DNA of 64,000 nucleotides from Eledone cirrhosa (GCA_964016885.1 OZ024742.1:195176001-195240000); one strand, 5' to 3'; positions 45,087 through 58,240 are shown, numbered from the stretch's first letter. Notes: generated by a model not told the origin, from the letters alone. Numbers and translations: made by a program.

Positions 45087-46176
45087 AACGTCGCGCCTCT
45101 GCCACCCGGGCCCATTGGATGGCTTTTGTCCCCTCGTGTTTCAGAGCACGTGCTCTAACTCTGACAACGCAGCCTTCGTGTTTTGCGTTGAAGAATTGGT
45201 CGAGTGCCAATCTCGCCACAAGCACGTCGGTTGCGATGCCTGTCCTAAACGCCTCTTCTAGCTGTCTGACTAGCTCTCCCCCTACTCTATTTTCCTCTAT
45301 CACTACTCCTTTGCTAAACCTAATCGACTCTACTTTAATTGTCCTTTTCAGGGCGAACCACCACCTGTTGTTGATGATCGCTCCCGTCAACGCCCGCTTA
45401 ACTAATACGCTAATAAGGTCTCTGTAGGCTTTGCGCGCCGGGAAAGACGCGTTCAGCTTCCAGTAACCAGGCCCTTGTCTATGAAGTCTGTCTATGTCGA
45501 TCTCACAGATCACAAACTTGTGGTCTGTGTAGTCGACTATTTTAAATTGTGGTATTCTCTGCAGAATACCCTATCGAGATACTATCTGGATGGCCCGATG
45601 CGGTTTGTCCATGTCCACATTGGCACATTCGTGTGATCCAGTCGATACCTGTCAGACAATTCAAAACGTCTGAGCAGGTTGGTGAGGCTCTTGCACCCTC
45701 CTCCCCTATCCACTAGCCCAACACGATCCCAGCATGCATCCAAGATACCGTTCCAGTCGCCCACTGACACTAAAAAGCGGGACGTTCCAAGAAAGGTCTC
45801 TAGACGTCTGAAGAAATCTTGCCGTCCTGCCCCTGTTGGGGCGTAGACGGCTACTAGCCTGAAAGCATTGCCTTCGCTGCCGGTCACGTCCAGCACCACC
45901 GACTTACCTTCTGGGTCTAGGAAGATGGCCCGTATCGCGAGATCCAAGCCTCTCCGAAAAAGGACGGCGACCCCTCCCTCGATCCTGGCGGCTGGGAGAT
46001 GCGTATACATCGTAGCCACCGAAGATCGGTGCGAAGGCTTGTGCTTCGGAGATTCTGGTTTCACTGATGGCCACCACATCTATGTTTAGTGATCTGAGGT
46101 CGTTGAGCAGGTGACACAGCTTCCAAGATGACCCCAGGCCACGTGCATTTATACTGCCTATTCTGAGTACGGCCAT
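45087..46176 (-). pseudogene. L1/Tx1-like ORF2 N-terminus (APE endonuclease), frameshifted and truncated before RT
   Basis: MAVLRIGSINARGL, DVVAISET, GGVAVL, VYAP, GDWN, TWTN, TDHK, GPGYWKLNAS. Confidence 0.92.
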
Positions 46177-46249
46177 GTTGGATGAGAAACGGGGTAAGTG
46201 AGAAAGGGTCACTTACCTTGTTCGTGTGTTGAAGGGACAGTAGAACCAT

Positions 46250-47867
46250 CTCTTTCGCTGGTCATGCGTGTTTCCAAGAGGATGTCAGTGTATATCCTCT
46301 TGGTAACCGACCCTCTGAAGTCTCCAACTGCGTTGGGGAATTTTTGTTTTAAAGGTTTGTACTGTTCTATTGAGATTTCGATGATGCTTATGTTTGCCGG
46401 GAGAGTTGTTGGTGTTGGTGAGGTGTAGTAGTTTTTTCTGTGATGTCTGTGTGCTGCTTTATATATTGTATGAGTTCTTTTTTTGCCATGTTTATGGCTG
46501 TGTACTTTTGGGGGGAGGGATGATTTTGTTGCTGTTTTCTTCTTGTTGCTGTTTGGTGTGTGTGTCTTGTTGTGTTTGCATTGTTGGTGTTTTTGGTGAT
46601 GCTGGTGGTGGTGTGGTTGTTGTTGTCAGTGGTGCTTGTAGTGGTGATGGTGGTGATGTTGCTGCAAGTTTCCTTGCGGCCTTTACCCCTCTTTGTATGC
46701 CTTCGCTTTTGGAGAGTGAATCTAAGGGTTTTTTTCTTTTTTCTTTTTTGTGGCAGACCGTTTGCCACTTCACTCCCGCCTCAAACTCCATGTCGGATTC
46801 TGTAGCGTCTGGGAGGGGTATGTGCTCCATGGCTGTTGGTGGTGGTAGTGGAGCCCTCTTCGGCAATTTTGTTGCTGGTGTAGCTACTTCAAATGTATCT
46901 ATTGGTGTTGCCGCCACTGATGATGATGCTTTAGTTGTCTGTGGCCTTGGTACGGGTGCTACGGACGTTGCCCTCCTACTCACCGTGGAAGGGGCTTCTT
47001 CACTTGTTGCCTGCCCTGCTCTTGGTAGCAGCGGCCCAGGTATTGGAAGGAGAGGGTCTTCTTCGCTGTCTTCTGCGGGCAAAAGGCCCTGAGGTGACCC
47101 TTCGACCCGCAGAGATAACATTTTGGCCGTCTTCCTTCTACGCTTATAGGGAGTTGGAGTCCTTCCTCGATGTCTATGATATCGGGGATAGCGTCGATAC
47201 ATTCCTGGTCAGTTTGTATAAGCATTTGCATGCCTATACCTGACCAGTTCTCTCTCCCTATTTTCTCTACTTGCAGCATGGTCGTCCTGTTCTCGATTCT
47301 GGCAAGGACAGACGCGGCCAGCCAAGGTATGGGCACGTCGGGTGGGACCTGGGTCACTTTGACCCTCACAATTTTCTGCCCGCAGTAGGAGGGCACCAAG
47401 ATTATCTCCTCACTCTTTGGGGTTTCCAAAGGGTGAGACTTTGCTTCCTGGGGGGTGGCGAAAAGTACGTCTACTGTGGCGTACTTTCTGCCTCGGGTGA
47501 TGTGGGTTTTGCCATCCTAGACGCACCCCAAGGCCTTTGGGATTTGACCCTCCGTGGCTCTCTCCACTCGATGTGAGATTTTGCTTACGGTGCGGTAAGT
47601 CACCGTCCGTAGCTGCTGGTCCTTGAAAAAATCGGGTGGAGGTTTCAGGGAAACTCAATTTGCGCTTCTTGTCACCATGGCCCTTGCGACTGCCATCTCC
47701 TCCTCTGTGACTAACACTATCTCGATATTTCGGGCGACTCCTGCAAAAGAAGTGGTCCCTTTTTCAGTAGCACCACTATTGCTGCCGCTACTGGTCTTAC
47801 TGGTGGTGCTGAGATCGCTATTACAGGTATCGGTGTCATTGATGTTGTTTTCGTTGGTACATTGCAT
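46250..47867 (-). pseudogene. L1/Tx1-like ORF1 (gag-like, CCHC zinc knuckle), frameshifted
   Basis: VEGRRPKCYLCGSKGHLRAFCP (CX2CX4HX4C), followed by a low-complexity Pro/Thr/Ala region, directly upstream of the APE ORF. Confidence 0.85.
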
Positions 47868-47870
47868 TAC

Positions 47871-48143
47871 GTTTATTGATTGATTACGTGCGTTTCGCTA
47901 TTAATCAACTCAAGATTTGATCTGTATCGATCTGGCCCGACTCTGGAATCAAAAGCTCGTCGAACCTCTGTTGTTGTAATGACAGATCGAACCTTGAGCT
48001 GATCAATAGCGAAACGCGCGACACCAATCAATAAACGGAATGAAGGCTTAACAAATCGTCCTTGTATTGTTATATTACACTCTATCTAGATCTACACTTC
48101 ACCACTGACGTGACTGACGTGAACCTAAACATCGAGTGCTCAC
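47871..48143 (+). mobile_element. pLTR-like non-coding element with 5' inversion and variant hammerhead
   Basis: 47871-47925 is an imperfect inverted copy of 47983-48037. A second family member lies at 60897-61278 on the minus strand. Confidence 0.7.
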
Positions 48144-48191
48144 CTGGGTGAACCTACAGTAACTTCATGTTACACTCCCTTGATATATATA

Positions 48192-48413
48192 GGAACGATC
48201 GACTTTTTTTGTCAAATCGGACCGAGGGAACAATGTTTCCGTTGGTCTTTCCAATTGCTAATACTATCTATCGGTCGCAACTCCAGGTAGAAGGAGCAAC
48301 GTGAAATAAAGTGTCTTGCTCAAGGACATAACGCATCGCCTGGTCCAGGAATCGAACTCACATCCTTACGATTGCGAATACAATTCTCTAACCACTCAGC
48401 CACACGCCTTCAC
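48192..48413 (-). mobile_element. second copy of the tail-swapped SINE, with apparent TSD
   Basis: Nearly identical to 7399-7619. CTTGATATATATA at 48179-48191 and 48413-48425. Confidence 0.85.
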
Positions 48414-48426
48414 TTGATATATATAC

Positions 48427-48484
<58 letters not shown>

Positions 48485-48516
48485 ATTTAAATGGATACAG
48501 TTTAGTTAAAAGGAAT

Positions 48517-48636
48517 TTATTGACACGTGTTTCAATAACAGTTACATAACCTAAAACAGCTGCTATCTACAAAGTATTAGTTATGCAGACATTCAATATT
48601 TCAATGTTATTATCAACTGTCATTTCATCAGAATAA
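48517..48636 (-). ncRNA. type I hammerhead ribozyme (inverted pLTR copy)
   Basis: Reverse complement of the 51010-51130 ribozyme with the core intact. Confidence 0.85.
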
Positions 48637-48922
48637 TTTTACTGAGGACCTGCTTGGTTTTTATAGAGAATATTAGGAGGGACGGGTGAAGTTGTTAGAA
48701 GAATAGTTGAGGGAATGGTTTTTTTATAGCAGTGAGAATTTTGGGTGGCTGTGAGTAATTACATTCCCATCTGTTGTTTTGACATTTTTATAGAATATAT
48801 TATTGGTTATTTTTCTAAATCTATAGAAGGATTAGAGATAGTATAGATATGCATGGTTGGTTTTGTGTTTGCACTTAATTAACATTCAGACTTAAATTTT
48901 TCTTTCAAGTGTACGTATCCTC

Positions 48923-50145
48923 CTAGTTAAAAACCTAAATAACCAAAAACTAGAAAAACTACGCGAAGATATAAGAAAACTACTACTCGAAATAGGATTA
49001 ACTATAACATATGAATACAACCTTAAAGTAGTTAACTTCCTGGATGTCACACTCAATTTAAATTCTGGTCTGATTAAACCGTTTCATAAATTGAATGAAA
49101 ATCTCAAGTACGTAAATGTTGGGTCTAACCACCCCATCTCTATAATTAAATCTATCCCTAAAAATATTTCCCTTAGAATCTCGGGTCTATCTTCTAACAT
49201 ACAAGTATTTAAGGAACACGCCGAGTACTACGATAACGCCCTTAGTAAAGTAGGCTACCCCAACAAAATAGAGTATATAGATGAGAACAATCAAAACACC
49301 CAAAATAAATCCCACATAGGTAGATATAATAACGCAACACCAAACCACACTTACTACCATAGTATACACACCAGTAAACCAACAAACAAAACTAATAGAA
49401 AGCGATGCAAAGAGTACTTATGGTATAACCCTGAATACAATAGTTCCATTAGTACAAATTTACCAGTACTCTTCTTTAAAATAATTAAGAGACATTTTCC
49501 TACATCACACAAATACCAAAAAATCCTAAACCCTACCACTATAAGACTGTCATACTCTACAGCGTTAAAACTTGAACAACACATAAAAAAGATCAATACT
49601 AGAAGGTTAAACGAAAACACTAAAAACTTAAGTACAAAGAACACAAAAAAAACAGTAGACAATACACTACAGAACATAAATAAACCACACCTAAGTTCGT
49701 CCGCAAAGAGAAAACCCAACGTACACAACTGTAACTGCACCTATCCTGACAACTGCCCCCTCGGCAATAACTGGAAAAAAATATCATTTATAAGTGTACC
49801 ATTAAATCCGGAGGCAACGAGTGGTATTACGTGGGATCAACGGCAACATCGTTTAAATCTCGATTATATAGGCATTCTTACTCAATAAAACACCAGAGCC
49901 AAAGAAATGTAACAACTTTAGCAGAAAAAGCTTGGACGCTCAGGGATAGCGATCAAAAGTTTACCCTAAAATGGGAGAAATTAGTTAAAATCCAAAGCTT
50001 TTCCAGGAGCCAAAATTTCTGCAAATTGTGTAATCTTGAGATTTATTACATAATCACACACAAGAAGAAATTGCTTAATAACAGAATTGAACAAACATTA
50101 TTCTGCCGTCACCGAACTAAAACCCTTTTTCCCACTACAAGCTGA
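48923..50145 (+). pseudogene. Penelope-like RT thumb plus GIY-YIG endonuclease ORF remnant
   Basis: Open frame from 48923 with one frameshift near 49772-49780 joining the 49091 and 49831 ORFs; stop TGA at 50143-50145. Confidence 0.9.
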
Positions 50146-50432
50146 ATATTACATAAAAGAGGGACATCCCCCCAACTATATAAACCTCAATCTAGTTAGA
50201 AAAATATAAAAACAATCTCTTCTCAACATATATATGTATATTAATAACCTTAAATTACCACACTAATAATGGAAAGATATGCTGATGAGAATAGGTGCGA
50301 ATATGCTATAATGAATGTGTCTAAAAGCGACCATATGTATGTATATATATGTGAAAATGTATATAAATAAGTAAATATATATATATGTTTGATGTGTATA
50401 GTTAGATGTAAGTGTATTCATGTATTAAAGTG

Positions 50433-50486
<54 letters not shown>

Positions 50487-51009
50487 GATTGGAGTATGTA
50501 TGTATATATGTGTGTGTCTATACGTGTGTATATAAAGATAAGTTGAGTATGAAAATGTATACACATGAATGCGTATGTATGTACATGTATATATGTATAT
50601 ATATGGAGATATACATATGTGCATGTGTATATGTATGTAAGTATGAGCATGTAAGTATGTGTATGTGAGTATATGTATTTTGTAGAGGTGTGCATATATG
50701 TTTGTGTGTGAATGCGTGGGCGAAAGGATACGTACACTTGAAAGAAAAATTTAAGTCTGAATGTTAATTAAGTGCAAACACAAAACCAACCATGCATATC
50801 TATACTATCTCTAATCCTTCTATAGATTTAGAAAAATAACCAATAATGTATTCTATAAAAATGTCAAAACAACAGATGGGAATCTAATTACTCACTGCCA
50901 CCAAAAATTCTCACTGCTATCAAAAAACCACTCCCTCAACTATTCTTCTAACAACTTCACCCGTCCCTCCTAATATTCTCTATAAAAACCAAGCAGGTCC
51001 TCAGTAAAA

Positions 51010-51130
51010 TTATTCTGATGAAATGACAGTTGATAATAACATTGAAATATTGAATGTCTGCATAACTAATACTTTGTAGATATCAGCTGTTTTCAGGTTA
51101 TGTAACTGTTATTGAAACACGTGTCAATAA
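51010..51130 (+). ncRNA. type I hammerhead ribozyme in the PLE pLTR
   Basis: TTATT-CTGATGA-AATGACAGTT...(~70 nt)...AACTGTTATT-GAAAC-ACGT-GTC-AATAA. Canonical core, GUC site at 51123-51125, palindromic loop 3. Confidence 0.88.
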
Positions 51131-51619
51131 ATTCCTTTTAACTAAACTGTATCCATTTAAATCCTTCTATTTTTCTCCGGATTACTTTTGGAACTACAAC
51201 TGGAACCGTCGAGCAAACTCTACGTGAGCTGTCCATCTACTGTGTGTAATATTTATATTACAACACTACGGAAAATACTGTATATATCTATGTAAGAATG
51301 TAGTTCAGTGAGATCCAGTGAGATTTTATTGTGACCTTATGTTACTTACTATAATTCCGTGCTATTGTTTGGACGAACCACCCGACGCTCGTTTTCGAAT
51401 CAATCTATTTTCTGTTTATGTTTGCTGTAATTCTGTTATAGATTACCTAATCATTGCAATCTACAAACCGATGATGTCGCCAATGACTTACATCATGATC
51501 TGATGATGTAACTAGGCCATAGAAATACGTATTGTGATTTTGCAACATTAAAAGAATATTTTGAGTCCGTCCATCTATTGTCTTTTAATTAAATAAATTT
51601 CGGATATATATACGTACCT

Positions 51620-51663
<44 letters not shown>

Positions 51664-51667
51664 CATA

Positions 51668-51723
<56 letters not shown>

Positions 51724-51724
51724 A

Positions 51725-51830
<106 letters not shown>

Positions 51831-51993
51831 ATTGTATATATATATATATTATATTATGTTATATATATATACAATTATAATTGAGTGGCTGGTATTTGCA
51901 GTATAGCGATATAAGCTTGCACTTACCAATGAAACGGTCGTAAATACCTGGATACAATCTTTCTCTTAATGCTTACCTGTGTTTTCTCTTTTA

Positions 51994-52044
<51 letters not shown>

Positions 52045-52050
52045 ATATAT

Positions 52051-52179
<129 letters not shown>

Positions 52180-52283
52180 GTGTGTGTGTGTAGGTATGTA
52201 TATATATCCGAAATTTATTTATTTAAAAGACAATAGATGGACGGAGTCAAAATATTATTTTAATGTTGCAAAATCACAATACG

Positions 52284-52449
<166 letters not shown>

Positions 52450-52538
52450 ATATATATATTATATTATGTTATATTATATTATATTATATTATATTATATT
52501 ATATTATATTATATTATATTATATTATATTATATTATA

Positions 52539-53464
52539 CTAGCAGTAAAGCCCGGCGTTGCTCGGGGTCGCTCAGTAGCTGTGTTAAAGTTACAATGTTA
52601 AGTTTCTTTCTTGGCTTAAAAACTGTAGTGTCTACTGTGCAGACTTGCATGTGGTGTTTTTGATTAATATTCCCTTAACCAACAATATGCCTTATGAAGT
52701 TAAGAAAACATAACGATAACCCGAATGTTATAACAAAAGAGGATGCTGGGGATAGAAACTGCACTGGTTATTTATTAACAAAGATCGAAAATGTAAACAC
52801 TGCAACGCAGAGAAAAACATTAGCGTAACGAAATTATCAGTTATGTCTGTCTGCACGCCTATATCACCTCTCTGCACGACTGTCTGTCTGAACGCCTATA
52901 TCACCTCTCTGCACGACTGTCTGTCTGCACGCCTATATCACCTCTCTGCACGACTGTCTGTCTGCACGCCTATATCACCTCTCTGCACGACTGTCTGTCT
53001 GCACGACTGTCTGTCTGCACGCCTAACGACGAAATATTTGCTTGTTTTACGTAGTCTTTAAATAGACTTGTTTTCAAGTAAAAATATTGTTTTAAAATGC
53101 TTTTAAATGGAAATGAAGCAAAACGGAAGCTTAGTGTTCGATCTGATGAATTTTGCAGGTCAATATTTTGCTGGCTCGACAACTGTTCGAAACGCTGAGA
53201 AAGCCAGCGTAATTTTTTACGTAAGACGCTCAATGTAAACAGAACAAAGGGAAATAACTGATAACTTACGCTCAAAAATCGATACATTATATTCGATTTC
53301 GTCACATAGGGTGGGTCAATTTGAAATTTTTTTTTTCCGATGTCTTCGCTAGGGCTCAATGTACAAGTATAGCAATTTCGGTGCAATTCCGTGAGAGATT
53401 CTAAGAGGAGATGTGTGCCAAAAATCGATAGACAGACAGAGAACCACAGTTTTATATATATAGA
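52539..53464 (-). mobile_element. non-autonomous Helitron with internal 37-bp tandem repeat
   Basis: Minus 5' TCTATATATATAAAACTG at 53464; 3' hairpin CCCGAGCAACGCCGGG then CTAG at 52539; tandem TGTCTGTCTGCACGCCTATATCACCTCTCTGCACGAC at 52844-53025; flanked by (ATATT)n. Confidence 0.88.
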
Positions 53465-53476
53465 TTATATTATATT

Positions 53477-53652
53477 ATCGGTAGAGGGTTGGACGCCATT
53501 CTTTGACGCATAGAGTTATGCCCCTTGCCATTCTGAGTTCAAATCGCGCCGAGGTTAACTTTGCCTTTAATCCTTACGGGGTCGATAAAATAAAGTACCA
53601 GTAATGTACTGGGTAATTTGCTGGACTTGTGCCAAAAGTAGAAACAATTATA
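53477..53652 (+). mobile_element. tRNA-derived SINE, slightly 5'-clipped
   Basis: Closely matches 44701-44875. Confidence 0.85.
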
Positions 53653-54102
53653 TTATATTATATTTTACATATATATTTTATATATATATTATACATATAT
53701 TTATATGTTATACATCTAAATTATATTATAGTTATATAGTGTTTGGGTGTGTATATGTGTATAGGATACAAATGATTTTATTTATGTACCAATATAGTAA
53801 AAATGACTGGTGAAGGGTGTCGAGCTGTGTCCTATATAATATAGATTATTATATTTAAGTAACAACTTTCCTGCTTTCCTATTGAAATGTATTGGTCTAA
53901 TTTTAACAGCATACGATTGCTGTATCGTAACTCATACTACATAGAAAGCTCATTTTGTCATTTTGTTACAGCTTATAATATATGTTATTGACATTTCGGT
54001 TCGCTGCATCTGATACGATGTTTTCTGATGTTTATTAAGTTCTCTCTCTCTTTCATCTACTTTATATATATATATATATATGTATGTATGTGTGAGTGCC
54101 TA

Positions 54103-54253
<151 letters not shown>

Positions 54254-54313
54254 TTATATTTATATATATTTATATATATATATATATATGTGAAGTAATT
54301 CCGTCGGAAAAAT

Positions 54314-54350
<37 letters not shown>

Positions 54351-54352
<2 letters not shown>

Positions 54353-54539
54353 CGAAGGAAATGTGGTAAGGAACCAAGTGGACCATGACGCACCAAAGTA
54401 CTCAATACTTAGGGTAGTAGAGTGGGTAATAGGAACAAGTAAGACCCCGACGGCTGAGCTCAAGCCGTTTCGACGGCTAATTCTGTCCAGAATTAGCCGT
54501 CGAAACGGCTTGAGCTCAGCCGTCGGGGTCTTACTTGTT

Positions 54540-54544
<5 letters not shown>
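54351..54544 (-). mobile_element. short (TA)n-flanked element with a perfect 57-bp hairpin containing the 3' half of a hammerhead
   Basis: Arms 54429-54485 and 54488-54544; GAAACGGCT(TGAGCTC)AGCCGTC. Second copy at 60130-60325. Confidence 0.85.
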
Positions 54545-54595
<51 letters not shown>

Positions 54596-54596
54596 C

Positions 54597-54753
<157 letters not shown>

Positions 54754-55025
54754 CATTTATATATATATATATATACATTCATACATATAAATTTGTACGT
54801 GAGTGCATATATGTGCTTGTTCCTCGATATGTATATGTATATATGTATGTATGATTTTTTTTTAAATTTCATATAGAAGCGACTATTGTAGAAGTCTATG
54901 AATTATTGTGTGTGTGTGTGTGTGTGTGTGTGTCTGTGTGTGTGTGTGTGTGTGTGTCTGTGTGTGTGTGTCTGTGTGTGTGTGTCTGTGTGTGTGTGTC
55001 TGTGTGTGTGTGTCTGTGTGTGTGT

Positions 55026-55165
<140 letters not shown>

Positions 55166-55410
55166 TTATATTAAAAATCTGTGCTTCTGAGGGCAGGGAG
55201 ACCTCAAATCAGGGTAGTATTTGAGTATGGAACAGAGTAGATATAAAGGATGGGATAAACCCTACCCCGACGCCTAGCGGTTTCCACTTTTATATAGCAA
55301 GCCATCAAGGAGGTATACTCTAGTATACCTTTTGAAATGGCTTGTTACATAGAAACCGAAACCAGTCGGCTTCATTTATCCCTTCATTTAAATATATATA
55401 CATGTGTGTG

Positions 55411-55490
<80 letters not shown>

Positions 55491-55599
55491 TCTCCGGCTG
55501 CGTTATGTGTGTAACGTCACAGGTATAAAATCAGTGCTGCGGCATATGTACAGACGTTATTGGTATATTTCGTTTCGGCTATTGGCATCTAATACATTG

Positions 55600-56490
55600 T
55601 ATTGTGTTGTATCAGATGAAAGAATGGTATTTAACTAATGTTTGGTACGCGATGGGGCCCACCCACAACCTCGGCGGACAGAATAGAGAAGGCGTTTCCC
55701 CGGAGGACGGCAAGCGAGACGCGCTGGAAAAGCCACTCCAACTCGCGGGGCCTATGGTGGTGAGTAAGGAGGGTAGCCCTGGGGCCGAGGACACCAGAAG
55801 TCTCCACTGCCAGGGGAACGACCGCAAACCTGTCGGAGAGCGACTGGTATTTGAGGAGTTTGGCCCCCCTCAGCCCGACGTGCAGCAGAACCTGGGTCAG
55901 TCGCAGACTGCACCAGGTTGCGGCTGCAGAAAGTGTCGGCTCAAGTGGCATCCAGACGAGGGGTTTGCCACCGCGGAACGAGAAGATGGTTATGCCATCT
56001 GGTCTTTTGCCGTCCCCTCGATCGAGCCCCACGGGCTCGAGCTGGGAAGGGAAGCCTGCAGCGTCCAAGCCATCCTTAATGACCTCGTTGAGGGCAGCAT
56101 GGCGTGGAATGCGGCCGGCACTGTGGCGACAGGAAAGAGGGTGGAGGCCGAAATAGTCCACAGTGGAACCGCAGCGACATTGGTGTGGCTGGCAGATCCG
56201 GAGGCCGAGCCTCAGGGAAACGCCGATTCGCAGGCTATGGTTGTCTAGCTGCGTGCCAGTGGGAAGGAGGGCAGGGCATGGAGCCAGGCACCACTGTGGG
56301 GTTTGGAGGCCGCACGAAAACAAGCAAGGTGGTGCTGGTCGAGCTGGCGCGTGAGCCTGTCTGTGGCCAGGCTGCACTGGATAGCATACTAAGTGCGTTG
56401 GGGGGAGGGGGGACGTCAAAAGGGGTAGAAGGAGGAGGGACGTCTACTGGGATCAGTCCCAGCCTGTCCCACGTCTCACAGGCGGCCTCA
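55600..56490 (-). mobile_element. 3' fragment of a CRE-like non-LTR retrotransposon (zinc knuckle plus restriction-like endonuclease)
   Basis: CRCG......LHPLSC, RH, EP, GKRPDG(I/L)T, LFQRVSLAVLRGNAFSIL are characteristic CRE-clade C-terminal motifs; several frameshifts. Confidence 0.88.
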
Positions 56491-56699
56491 CGTTCTCTGA
56501 ACACAGAGGGTTCTGTTGTGTTTTGAAGAACCTTGCTGACGAGGACGCGACACGAGATTGTAATTGATCCGATATTGATCTGTGCTGGGTACAATTATAA
56601 TGAGCGGGACCCCACTCTTCTTCGACATCTCAGATATACGAGTGTATATGTGCAAAGACACATCTAAACAGCTTAGATATGCCTTTACACAAAAAACTC

Positions 56700-56789
56700 G
56701 CATATCTGAAGAGATGTCGAAGACGTGTCGAGCTCCGGTCATTATGATTGTACTCTAAGCTGATCGATATCGGAACAATTGTAATATGC
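56700..56789 (+). ncRNA. type I hammerhead fold with GAAA mutated to GGAA
   Basis: GCATAT-CTGAAGA-GATGTCGA...TCGATATC-GGAAC-AATT-GTA-ATATGC, preceded by an imperfect inverted copy at 56589-56644. Confidence 0.7.
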
Positions 56790-56990
56790 CAATAAAGTCT
56801 GTACATATGCTGCAATCCTGACTTTCATTCTACTTACTCTACCTCTCTCTATATATATAAACCGTAGCACGACCATACCGTGATTCATAATAGATGTGTA
56901 TATGGAGGCATATATAATATGTTTATATATAATATCATACACGAGTCTCGTTCGGAAGGATTTATGCAGTGATCATTTCACAACTATCTC

Positions 56991-57061
<71 letters not shown>

Positions 57062-57166
57062 TAAAAGGAAAAGAAAATGCTGACAAATTTTTCCCAGTGA
57101 AAAATAGTTTAATTAGGAATAAGTATAAATTAGTAATAAGTATTGGTTAGTATATATATATATATA

Positions 57167-57817
57167 AAAACATGAGAAGAAAGAAGAATACTGCGTGGTT
57201 TGCAGATAGGTTACATATGATAAAAATAGTCCTTCGTCAGTGATTTTCCAACCATCATTGGTATTTCATCGCATTAAAAATCAGATACCTCAGGTTGGTG
57301 CGAGCAATAACTAAAAAAAGTTATTGGGACCAGAATTCGCGTAAGGCGAGGGGGACAAGTAAACAACATAGAAGGATAAAAGCAAACCGAAGATAGGAAA
57401 ATAAACAAGCAACATGGTTGTCCGGTCAGCATAAGCTGGATGGATTTCATGAGCGAAGAGAGCTACAGACCGTGTTGATGTGTGTGAGATGTGAGCAAGA
57501 AGAGACCCACACAAACGGGAGGAAGTGAGAAGGGGAGAAACAGAGAGTGAGTGAGTGGAAGTGTGAGGAAGAGGTCAGTCGAAAGAAAGTGTAACTGACA
57601 GAGGGGGCGAAAGAAACAGAGAGTGGGGAAGCAGTAAGAGAGAAACAGACAAACGTAGCCGAGGTAAATATATATAAAAAACATGAGAAGAAAGAATAAT
57701 ACTGCGTGGTTTGCACATGGGTTACATATGATAAAAATAGTCCTTCGTCAGTGATTTTCCGACCATCATTGGTATTTCATCGCATTAAAAATTAGATACC
57801 TCAGGTTGGTGCGAGCA
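57167..57817 (-). mobile_element. non-coding element with 140-bp direct terminal repeats (510-bp period), next to (TA)n
   Basis: 57167-57306 repeats at 57677-57817; a diverged relative lies at 9060-9180. Confidence 0.75.
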
Positions 57818-57890
57818 CAGGGTCACCACAAAATAGTACACACACTTCCACATCATTCTCATAAATAGGTGCATACATTTGCGGGACACG

Positions 57891-57988
<98 letters not shown>

Positions 57989-58124
57989 CACCTAGATCAC
58001 CTTGACCGACCAGTCTGTCGGGCGCCAACCGGCGCCGCTGGTCACAGCACGTTGTGCTGTTTTAGCCATAAGATAACGCCATCCCACTGGCTGGGCCGGC
58101 AGGCCGATATTTATATATATATAC

Positions 58125-58240
<116 letters not shown>

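Larger units (their letters stand above)
48481..51250 (+). mobile_element. 5'-truncated Penelope-like element, probably Naiad clade, with inverted pLTR copy
   Basis: RT C-terminus VNFLDVTLNL and SNHP; linker CNCTYPDNCPLG; GIY-YIG as IIYKC...YYVGST..FKSRL..H; CKLCNLE and CRH. 48481-48921 is the reverse complement of 50725-51166. Left flank is (TA)n. Confidence 0.92.

Noticed and set aside
49730-50145. Selenocysteine-type Naiad
   Set aside because: Readable conserved Cys codons are TGT/TGC and I see no convincing SECIS; one Cys position is lost in the frameshift.
57818-57893. 76-bp mini Tc1-like element
   Set aside because: Terminal inverted similarity is weak and there is no left TA duplication.
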